A stretch of 64,000 bases of DNA from Marsupella aquatica (Eukaryota > Plantae > Marchantiophyta): positions 16,661,420 to 16,725,419 of the forward strand of contig OZ316898.1 in the NCBI GenBank assembly GCA_973895155.1. Reading direction: 5' to 3'. Below the pieces are notes generated by a model, which saw only the letters and a list, made by a program, of their open reading frames with translations, was not told the DNA's origin and did not search any database. The position numbers and the translations under genes are program-made. Positions within the stretch are counted from its first letter, which is position 1; each line of letters starts with the position of its first letter. Positions 38,471 through 48,900 of this stretch are shown one piece after another.

Positions 38471-40549
38471 ACTTGCATCCTTTTTCAGATGTCCATTCCT
38501 CCAGCATTAGGAGCTCCAGCCCTACCACTCCATGGTGCTGCTCCATGGCATCCAGACCAGGTGCACTTACCTCTATTCAACACTCACCGCTTCAGTCCAA
38601 GTGTTGGGGGGGAGGAGGTCCCTTGTAACGTGGCTGATATCATTTCTGAGTTTCATGGTGTGGATCAGACCAGAGCAACAGATACAACAGGCCTTGGAGA
38701 GGCCTCATCACCTTATCAGCAGCATGCTAGCAGCTTGGATAGTGGAGAGGTTGGCACTTCTGGCTCTTCAAGTACGAGTACATCAGGTCCTATTCCTAGT
38801 GTTGCCAACTACACATTTATCATGGGCAACCACCTGAGTAAAAGATAGAAGGACCAGCTGCTGAATTTGCTCCTCAAGCATGAGAATGTGTTTGCTTTCT
38901 CTATGAAGGACTTGGGTAAGTGCAAGACTATGCAGTTCTCCACTGAGTTGGCTGATGAAACACCTATCTTCAGGCGGAGACACCGTTTGAGTAAGCATGA
39001 GTGGCAACTGGTGGATGAGAGGTGCCAAGAGCTTTATGAAGCTGGTCTTATTCAGCCATCTACATCAAATTTTGCGGCAGCTACAGTGATGCCAGCAAAG
39101 AAGGATTCCAGTGGATTGTGGACAGAGAAGCGCATGTGTGGGGACTACAGGCCACTGAACCTGGTCACACCCTAGGACAGGTACCCCATGCCACGGCCAG
39201 AGGAGCTATTTGACAGCATTGGAGACTCAGACATCTTCACTCTTGTGGATCTAAGGCAAGGCTTCAACCAGATTTTGCTGCTTGCAAAGGACCGCAAGAA
39301 AACAGCTTTCCATGGTAGTAACCAACTATGGGAGTGGTTGGTGATGCCATTTGGCTTGAAGAATGCGCCCATATTCTTTCAAAGAGTCATGGACCAGGTT
39401 CTTCAAGGTGCTGAGTTTCTGAAATGCTACATTGATGATGTGTTGGTCCACAATAAAGGATTTGACCAGTATCTACTTGACCTTGAGGAGCTATTCATGA
39501 GGCTTAAGAAGGTGAACCTAAAGATACACCCCAAGAAGTGTGAATTTGCTGTCAGATCAGTAGTATATCTTGGGCATCGCATTCTTCCAAATGGAACCAT
39601 GGCTCACTGGGCCAAGGTGGTATCCATCTTGGAAATGCCCACTCCTACCGATGTTCACACTTTGAGGAGTTTTATTGGGTTGTGCAATTACTACCGGATC
39701 TACATCAAAGATTTCAGTACCATTGCACACCCATTGTATGCTTTGTTGAAAAAGAATGTGACTTGGACATGGAGTACAGATGCTGAGGCAGCATTTGCCA
39801 CTTTGAAGGAGAAGCTCTCAGAATACCCGGTGCTGAGAAGACCTGATTTCAGCAAGGTCTTTGTGCTACACACAGATTGGAGTGCCCTTGGGATTGGTGC
39901 CATTCTGGGCCAGCATGATGAGGAAGGTAAAGAGTACGTCATTGCCTATGCATCCAGGAGCAACAATCAGGCCGAGAGTCATTATTCTTCTTATGAGGGT
40001 GAATGCCTTGCTGTTGTGTGGACTGTCATACATTACAGGCCCTACCTCTATGGGACCAGGTTTGTTCTCTACACCGACCACCAGCCCTTGAAGTGGTTGA
40101 TGACCAACGACAAGCTTACTGGCAAGCTTGCTCGGTGGGCGCTCATACTCCAGGAGTATGATTTTGAGGTAATTCATAGGCCTGGTGTGACACATCAAAA
40201 TGCTGACACTATGTCCCGCAGCCCTTTGATTGCCTCTGATGATCCCTCAGATGCACGGCAGGATTTTGACCAGGTTTCCATCCTGCCTACATTTCATGCA
40301 TCTACCTATCTTGCTTTGCTGCCATGCTACATTGTTGACCAACCTGTGGTGGACATATGGGAGGACAGCGACACTCTGAGATTTTTGCAGCATGGGGAGT
40401 ACCCCACCCATGTTACTGCTGCCCAGAGAGACCGAATTCAGTAAAGGTCCAAGCGCTACTTGTGGAAGGGAGATCATCTTGTGCGTTGCTTGCCAGACAG
40501 GGAAGTGGTGGTTCCACCCATTCATGAGAGGGTTGGCCTTATCCGTAAG

Positions 40550-41600
40550 GTACATTCTGAGCTTGGTCATTTTGGTGTTAAGAGGACTTATAGCCTCTTG
40601 GTCCCCCATTATCATTGGAGAGGCATGCATGGCCAGGTTCGAGATGTTATTGCCCGGTGTGAACAGTGTGATAGGGTAAGGACTTCTTTCACATCTCGGC
40701 AACCCACACTTCATCCACTCCCTATTCAGGGCATGTTTTATCGTTGGTCATGTGATTTGGCTGGAGAATTACCCCTCACATCTCGGGGTAATCTCTACAT
40801 CATGATCATGATAGAGCAATTCTCCAAGTGGATAGAACTTGTGGCATTGCCGGATAAGACCTCCCATAGCACTAGCCAAGCATTACTGCAACAAGTTCTC
40901 AGCCGCTTTGGAGCTTGTGCAGAATGTCTCACTGACCAGGGATCAGAGTTCAGAGGGGAGTTCCAGGAGCTGCTTGATCAGGCTCTCATTGATCATCGCC
41001 GGACATCACGAGATCACCCACAGGCAGATGGCTTGGCAGAGCGCATGGTTCAGACATGCAAGAAGGGCCTTCGGAAGATCTGCCTCACCAAAAACAAGGA
41101 GGATTGGGACCTGGCCTTACCCTACATTGCCATGGGGTATAGGATGTCCAGACATGCATCACTGTCTAACTTTTCTCCCTACTTCTTGTTGTTTGGTCGT
41201 CACCCAGTTCCACCTTCTGCTATTGCTTCTCACATGCTTCAGGTGGTGGACTTGGATTCAGCTGTGACTTGGTCTGATGTGATCTCTGAGAGGGCTACCC
41301 TATTCAGGAGGGTTATGCCCATGGCCATGGAGAATTTGGCCATTGCACAACACAGGGACACACTGCGTTATGCACACACACGAGGGGGCACTTTTCAGCC
41401 CAAGGTCAGGAAGTTTGAAGTGGGAGATTTTGTGTACTTGCAGCGGCAAGCTAACGACACCCTGGACACCTCTACCAGTCGCACTATTCTCAGGGTCAAA
41501 GCTATTCGACCGTCTGGAGTGCTAGAGTTACAAGGGGCAGATGGGCGCACAATTGCTGACAATGCCAAGAATTGCGCCCCTTGTCATCTGCCTAACCTGG
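40550..41600 (+). other. DDE (rve) integrase domain
   Basis: HSELGH...CEQC; WSCDLAG; LTDQGSEF; ADGLAERMVQ; FEVGDFVYL. Confidence 0.95.
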
Positions 41601-41647
41601 ATCCCACCATTGTGACTTCTACTTGGATTCCCCCTGTGGACTACCCT

Positions 41648-41782
41648 TGCAAAGTGTGTTTGCGAATTGATGATGCTGACCAGATGCTGCTGTGTGACAA
41701 TTGCAATGGAGGGTACCATCTTTTCTGCCTTCGGCCTGAACTTACCCAGGTGCCAGAAGGGTTATGGTTTTGCCCTTCCTGT
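41648..41782 (+). other. C4HC3 PHD finger at the integrase C-terminus
   Basis: CKVC-x11-CDNC-x4-H-x2-C...WFCPSC. Confidence 0.95.
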
Positions 41783-41832
41783 GCTCCACGTGCTATCTAA
41801 CTTTTCTTCAGCCCTCCTTTTGGCTGTGGTCT

Positions 41833-41839
41833 GGGGGGG
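41833..41839 (+). promoter_or_regulatory. Short polypurine tract (G7) abutting repeat B1
   Basis: CTGGGGGGG|ATACAGAGG, about 30 bp after the pol stop codon. Confidence 0.65.
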
Positions 41840-42019
41840 ATACAGAGGTTTACACCTCCACTACGTACATACCACCTCAGTTTCCTTTTTTCTTGGCACT
41901 TGTGAATGTGATTGGACTTTTTCTATGCATGTTGGTTGCTAGCAACTTGCACATATGCATTGCTGGTGACTTGTATGTTTTCGATACACTATATGGCTAC
42001 GATACTATATGTCACGACA
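41840..42019 (+). repeat. Repeat B1 (180 bp)
   Basis: Matches 42382-42561 with 2 substitutions seen. Confidence 0.95.
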
Positions 42020-42021
42020 GC

Positions 42022-42381
42022 TGTCATGCCGAGGGACAGTGCCGCTTGTGCACATCGGCATGTCCCTCGCATGCCCGCTAGGTATGGTTAGGGCTAGTGT
42101 ACTACTTGAGTTAGTGTCATGTTCTTGTAGCGAGTCTGGGCTGTTCTTGAAGCAAAAGGGGTTTGTTAGTGTGACGCCTGGACCCGGTCCTACTTAGGGC
42201 ATGTTTTTCTTTGTCGTTCTTCAGTTCTTCTTGAATCGCTGTTGACAGAGCTCAGACAGTGTGTTCGTCGGTTCCGTACACGGGATTCACACAGTGATTC
42301 GTTAGATGCTCCCGGCCGATCTTGGCATCCCGCCGGTTTTCGATTCGATTTCAGTACGCTTGTTTCTCTTATGCCTTTTAT
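42022..42381 (+). repeat. Repeat A2 (360 bp)
   Basis: Copy of 32582-32941, separated from B1 by the dinucleotide GC. Confidence 0.95.
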
Positions 42382-42561
42382 ATACAGAGGTTTACACCTC
42401 CACTACGTACATACCACCTCAGTTGCCTTTTTTCTTGGCACTTGTGAATGTGATTGGACTTTTTCTATGCATGTTGGTTGCTAGCAGCTTGCACATATGC
42501 ATTGCTGGTGACTTGTATGTTTTCGATACACTATATGGCTACGATACTATATGTCACGACA
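42382..42561 (+). repeat. Repeat B2 (180 bp, right terminus)
   Basis: Copy of 41840-42019, fused to A2 without a spacer and followed by the TSD ATAG. Confidence 0.95.
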
Positions 42562-45500
42562 ATAGGTAGCTAGCACATCAGGCTCGAACTTCACTACATG
42601 GTCATGTTGGGATTTCCCCTTTGATGGCTTTGAACAAACATCTCGATGAATCAGAAGTGATATGACTTCCTTCAACTGTACCTATAATATTTCTCTTCCA
42701 GGAATTAGCAAGCATGACTGGAAAGGGATAAACTGCTATCCAACTCAGGTAAATGCCAAGTTGCATTCCCAAAGATAACACCTGCTTGAGATTGATATTG
42801 GAAAAGATAGTGCAACTCTAATAAATAAAATAGAAACACCTTGCTTTATATGTGGACAAGACAGAAACCAGCCCCTCCTCTTCATGCTGGACTAAAGATA
42901 AACATAAACTAAAACAAAGGTACAACAAGTTTGAGAATAGGGAGGAAAAAGTGTCCCTGTTGCAATTAAATAAGTAAGAAGAGAGTTGCGCACAACTCTC
43001 CTACCAAACTGGAAAAAAAAAGATTTGAGAACATGTCCGAGTCAAACTTTGGATGCTAAAGCAACATTTCAAGAAAAAATTAAGTTGAGGAAAGAATGAA
43101 GTAATCGAAAATGTATAATCGCTACCGTCTGGCTTTTTGAAACATTCAAGGAGCGAAGACATCTACTAATACAATTTAGATCAGTTTGGCACTGAATAAG
43201 TGGCAATCAATAACGGGAGGTGATACTTGACCTTAATGGTGTGATTCTCAGTGGAAACAGAGAGTTGACACAGTAGATAATATACGCTCGGAGGTGAGCT
43301 CAATGGTCGTTGTTACTTGGGAAGGCTCAAGCTCAACGTGGCCAATCATTCCAAAGGCATGGTTTATGAGCTAGTGAAATAGTAAGCTTGATACTGTAGT
43401 TGTTTTTCTAACGTTGAGTGCAGCAGTAAGCAAGTCATTTAACGAGAAAGTTAAGTGATCAACAGGTGTTTGTGGGTGACTCTGCGTAATTACAGTCAGT
43501 CTCATTCCGCGATTGAAATTCAACGTGTGGTGCGATTTGCACGCCTAGATGCACATTTACGAGTGTCTGACCGTGGTTGGCTTCGGCTGGGCCCCTGTAG
43601 GTCCCCCGTTGGAGGGCGGAGTTAAGTTGGCACGTTCACACGAGCGAAGGGATGTACCTTCCTCCCCTCGTTCGTACTGTAACGCTTACGTTACACCTCC
43701 CACGCGCCACGAGATGTACAAAAGAGCACCCCAGATGACAGGCAGGCGCGAGGGCGGGCCATAGGTATACCCAGGAGGTCAAGAACGAGTCCCTCGGCTG
43801 TACATCGATCTGTCTCTGTTGATGACAGGGCAGGTTTTCATTGTCTGCAAACTTACGGCTCAGGCATGGAATATTCTCTCGCAAGCACTTCGCCTCGCTT
43901 GCGCCTTGCGGGTTGCCGCACACCTAGACAGATGTGAAACCTTTGGGCGACTACTATTTTGCCACTAGCTGGTATGTACGGGAGATCTAGCTCCGAGTGT
44001 AAGGCTGTAAGGTACCGAGATTAAGGACCAGTCCTTCTCGCCTTCCGGGGACGTACTGGCCGAAACTGTACATGAGTAGGCTCCTCTAGTCTTCTCGTAG
44101 GAACGCTGGGTGGTCCGCTGGTCGCTATAGAGTCCAGGGCTCCAGGTTAGACCGTCTGGGAGGGACTTCTGACGTGGGACGACCCGAACGAGCTGGCTTC
44201 ATATTGCGGTACAGTACTTCACCTTCCTGCCGCTAACCACAGCAGCAAAATAATGAAACTCAAGCTGGACGTGTTAGCCAATCCTAGGACGCCAGGTCTG
44301 CCTGACTCGGGTGCAGAAGAGACCGCAGTTGGTGAGACAACTCGCCGCCTTGCCAAACCCGGAACGAGCTAAACCCGGACTGCAGGTGAGATGGTCTTGT
44401 GCAACGAGATGCCCCGTCGATAGCATGAGCTCCACCTCGCCGGGAACCGCCAAGGAGGGGGTGCTGCTTCACCGGAGGGACGAGCTGATGCCGCCCTAGT
44501 GCTGGCAAAGCTGGTGCAGTAGTATAAGGGCTGAGTTGTCTTCTGTACCTGCCTTTTTTCTTCTGATTTCGCAGTTTTCTTCTGTGCGTAGACCGCTTGG
44601 CGTGTGTAGTGTGTGTGCCCGAGGAGGAACGAGGAGCGGATGTGCTTTCCGAGTTTGTGCGTGTGGTGCACCTCCGAGAAAAGAGCTTTGGTGACTCGTT
44701 GTGACGAGAAGAAGAGAGGTGAATTTGACCAGCAGAGTTGTGGTGGAGTTGTGACTTTCGGCGTTGTCCATGAGCTTTTAAAACTTTTCTAGGCTTTTTG
44801 AGTGATAGTTTTCTTTGTCGTTTCGTTCAATATCTTCTTCTTCTTCGGGCTCATCCGGCGGGCGGGTAGCGGGCTGGTGGAAGGTCTTTTTCCCTCTGTA
44901 TTTTAGTGTGGTTTTACGGGCGTGGAAACGAACGAGGGAGGCTGGCAGTACTGCGAGCAGGCTTTCGGAATATCTTTCTCCGTGTTTGATGTGCGTGGTT
45001 TGTGGCTCAGGCGTGGTGGCTGGTCTGGTTTGTTGAGCAGGGTTGTGCGTCGAGGGTGTGGAGTGGGCGATTGGTGAGAGGAAGCGCGCCGTGCAATTTG
45101 GAGAAGCCGATCGGAGTTGCTGTGGTAGACAAGCAGGGTTTCTTGTCCCAGAGTTCATGCGGGGATGAAATCGGGTGTAAGGTGTCGTGGAGGCTTTGTT
45201 GAGTCAGGGCCTTAATTGCTCCAGTTTTGGAGGGATGAAAATTCTGTGGACTAATATGTTGGACAGCAGCTGTGGAGTGAGTTGGAATCTTCAAGCGTGG
45301 CAGCGCAGCTCCTCGTCGAGTTACGGGGGAAGATACTTGTAAATAGTCTCAATCGTGACTGACTGGGCCGATCCTACCAGCTTTCCGACGGCCCTCGTTA
45401 TGTCTTTCACATTGCTTGGAGGCAAATCTTACCTTTCGGATGGTGGTTTGATGCCCACGTTGAGATGTACGAGAAGACGAAGTGAGTCCTCCTTACTTCT

Positions 45501-45992
45501 TTAAAATTGTGGTTTGCGTGCGACTAGCAATGTGTCACGGTACTTCGGACGTTTAGACGGACTTCCATCTCGAGTCACCTGCTGCTCGACTTTGCCGCAC
45601 TGCCGCTGGTAGACGTGGCTTGGAAGCACATAAAAAATTCTGACACGGCCACTTCACTTGTTACGCTATTGGATGCCAGGGGCGTACGTAAAACGGGTTC
45701 CGAAGAGGCGAGGAAGTCATGTATGAAAGTGGTTTGCGATGGACTCCACAGCTCACATATGTATTTGTGCTTTGGCGCCCCCCGGACCTTGGAGGCAGCT
45801 TTCAAATCGTTAACACCTCCATTGGAAGTCTGGATAGTAAGTCCTGGTTTTAAGCGCTGTAGCCTTCATTGTAAGATGAAATTTGGTGATCCGGAGCTTC
45901 CATGCCGACAGAAACGACTGATAATTTACCGTTGATAGCGGAAAGATTGGATAAGCGGACCCCTGAGAGAGGAATGTTGGGAAAGCGGCGAC

Positions 45993-48900
45993 ATGGCCTT
46001 GGGAGATGCATGTTTGTTTAGGCAAAGGTCCATGGAAGGAATGGCGGGCGGGCAATTAGGAGCTCAACTTACCCTGTCCTCAACACCACAAGACACGGAC
46101 GAGATTGTTCGAAGAGCGGGTATGCAAGTTGAGGAAGCAGAAGAACCGGTTCTTCACACTGGAGAGACGCGTATCTTATATCAGCCTTACAGCCTGTATC
46201 TTAGCGAATTGCGTCATGATGCCAGCGAGGCTTCTACCTCCCTGGTACCCGCGGAGACCGGGCTCATGTCAAAGTGGAGAATGAAAGATCGAGTAAGTTC
46301 AATCTGTAAGCTTGTCATCTTCATTCATGCGAAAGACTGCACAAGTTCGAGCGGCATGTCTAGTGAGCTGCTTGTCGTTTACTTACGAACATAACTGAGG
46401 TTTGCGGCGACCGAAGGCTAGCGAAAGTAGGGAACTTGCTGGATTGCTGTTGGAGAGTTTTCTTCGTGGCAATTATCATTCACTAGTTCCCTAGTAGCCT
46501 TCCCTCGAAACTCATGTTGGTGATCTTCCATAGTACTTTAAAACTTTTCGAGGCCGTGTATGACGGAAACGAAGGTGGACGACTTGGTCGCCTACATTTC
46601 GCGAATGAGCAGTCCATGTCGATCTTTCCAAACTTTCCAGTAGTCGGGATGAATAACTCAGCTGCCCTGTTGTACCTATTTCTGTCATTGCCTAGGATGG
46701 AGTGCAGACTATTGTTTTGGAGTAAGTCGTTCCTGAAGATTCGTTGTCTATCCGAGTGGTTGGTGTTGTGTCTTTACGGGGCTCATACTTTAGTGCCTTG
46801 CGCCTTAAGATTGTCGGACAAGTATCTGAAGAAGATGCTCAAGTTGCCCCGACGGGGGACACAGTGCGAGGCCTCATTTGTTGTCTAGTGGTAGGTCTCT
46901 CTTAGGAGCTATGCCCTCGCGCACTTTTACGTTCGATGCGTAAGTTTGCGGCTACCGTCAGTCCCTGCATTCTCCGGGATTGACATTCATGGAGAAGGTG
47001 ACCTTACATGTATTGTGGGAGTAGGTCAAAATCTCTCTCATTCTTATTGGCTGGCAGGTAGTGCCTGTGGATGCCGTCACATACCAGGGTCCAATCTGAA
47101 TGCGTGTAATTTTACTTGTCCCGCTTTAGAGCTTGATTCTGGAGCTTATTCGAATTGCATTATGTCAAATGCTGAATCACACGTTGAACCGCGTCCCACA
47201 CCGGAATTTGAGAGACAGTCTAGCATGGGTTTAGCAGACTTATGGAGTCTTACTCTGTCTAACCATTTCTTTTACCTTTCGAGCCTCTGCCCACTAGCGT
47301 CTCTTCGCTCACTTAAAGAAGTCGAATTCCGAGTCGGCAATAATAATATCAATCCTCCCTCCTGTTAAGAGGAAGCTATGTACACTGGTGAGATTATGCA
47401 TTGATACAGTCTCTGCACAGTTTATTGGGAGTCTTGCTCATCGCAGTTTCGAGAAGGACTCAATCGGATGCGTACTTGTGTGTATTCCCATTGAACCCCT
47501 CTCGCTTCAAAGCGTCCCTGACAGATGGACGGAAATCCCTTACGTGATAGGGTAAGACTGAGCTAGGAAGTCCTTTTGTACTGTATGCACGACTTCTCAC
47601 CTGGTATTTGTTCTGCGAAAATATGTATGTCGTCTTTGACGATGTTGGGGAATATGTGGCATCGCGTCTAGTGGGAATTGTGGTCCCAAGATTCTCTTCT
47701 TCTGCCGGTCTCTTTTTCTGCCAGAGGGTTAAATTTGGAGATTAGGTTTATGTTCTCCCTCCACGCGTCCGAATCCTAGCTCAGAGTTCGTATCAATAAA
47801 CAGGTGAGAGGACTGAGCATGAGCGCGAAGGCATTGTCGCTAGCTTTAACATAACATATTTGTATTGTATCTTGTCAGATGAAGACTGGGTGTGTGGCAC
47901 TTGTGCTGTGCCTCAACATTGGCGTGGACCCTCCAGATGTTATCAAAATCCCCCCATGTGCCAGGATGGAGTGCTGGATTGGTATGTGATAGATCTATTT
48001 AGCAACAGCGATTGGATTAATGTAATGTCGAGCGGGGTCAATGGTTTAAGTACCTGCCCTCTGGTGATGGCCTAATTTTTTTTGACAAGAAATATAGCTT
48101 CACTTCCTGTGAGAACAAATATAGCTTAAATTATTCTGCTTTCCTGTTGACTTTTCTGGACCGATGGATCAGAATAGGGTTCCGAATGAAAGGCATGTAA
48201 TATTGATTCTGTGTATCTTGCTGCTTCCTAATTTGTGGCAGATCCGTTTTCCATGACACCACAAAAGGCACTGGATGCAATTGGCAAGAATTTGCAAGTC
48301 CAATATGAACGGTGGCAGCCCAGAGTATGTTCTTGTCTTTCCCTCCGTTGTGGCCTGGTGGTTTGTCTCTCTTTCCGTATGTGAAGAATAGCGTACATGC
48401 AACCTGATTTTTACTTGGATTACGGAGACTGCAATGTGACATTTGCTGATATTGTTGGATAACAGGCAAGGTACAAGTTGCAGCTCGATCCTACTGTTGA
48501 GGAAGTCAAAAAATTATGTTCACACTGCCGGAAAAGTGCAAAAAATGAGCGGGTCCTCTTTCACTATAATGGACATGGCGTCCCTAAGCCAACTATCAAC
48601 GGGGAAATATGGTTGTTTAACAAGGTTATCATCTTGTCTTTTTTCTCTCCAAGGGACATCTCACTCAATGACGTAGGCTTCCAAGTAGCATATTATATTT
48701 CGCAGAGTGTGAGACAGGTGGATGCCTTACGCTTTGAGACATGCGACTTGACTTTTTTGTCACCAATTGATTTGCACCACATCAAAGCTGGTTGTGAACA
48801 TGTCCATTCCCCATCGTAAACGATTGTCCTGGCCCGTGCTTAGTTGACACTTTCGCTTCAATTCAGTCTCACTGCTTCTCAACCTCTTGTTGCGCGCAGA

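Larger units (their letters stand above)
34707..41800 (+). pseudogene. Gag-PR-DNMT-RT-RNaseH-INT-PHD polyprotein (~2360 codons), broken by six stops and one frameshift
   Basis: ORFs at 35132, 36851, 38867, 39188 and 40460 share one frame, separated by single stop codons. Gag knuckles CNYCGNPNHKANEC and CDFCGKVGHLEAVC; protease LDTGA; RT YIDD (39428-39439); RNase H TDWS..E..TDH..D; integrase HHCC plus D-D-E. Frameshift near 35000-35075. Confidence 0.95.
32582..42561 (+). mobile_element. Ty3/gypsy-type retrotransposon with split repeats (A-internal-B-A-B), encoding a DNMT3-like methyltransferase and a PHD finger
   Basis: Ends TGTCATG...CACGACA (6/7 inverted match); 4-bp TSD ATAG at 32578-32581 and 42562-42565; domain order PR-RT-RH-INT. 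Confidence 0.95.

Noticed and set aside
32582-42381. Ordinary element with A1 and A2 as its LTR pair
   Set aside because: A does not end in CA, there is no TSD after A2, and the purine tract precedes B rather than A. The TSD only appears after B2.
32582-42561. Classification as a DIRS/Ngaro tyrosine-recombinase element because of the split repeats and a methyltransferase
   Set aside because: It has an aspartic protease, an HHCC/DDE integrase, TG...CA ends and a TSD; no tyrosine recombinase motifs were seen; the methyltransferase is C5 type.
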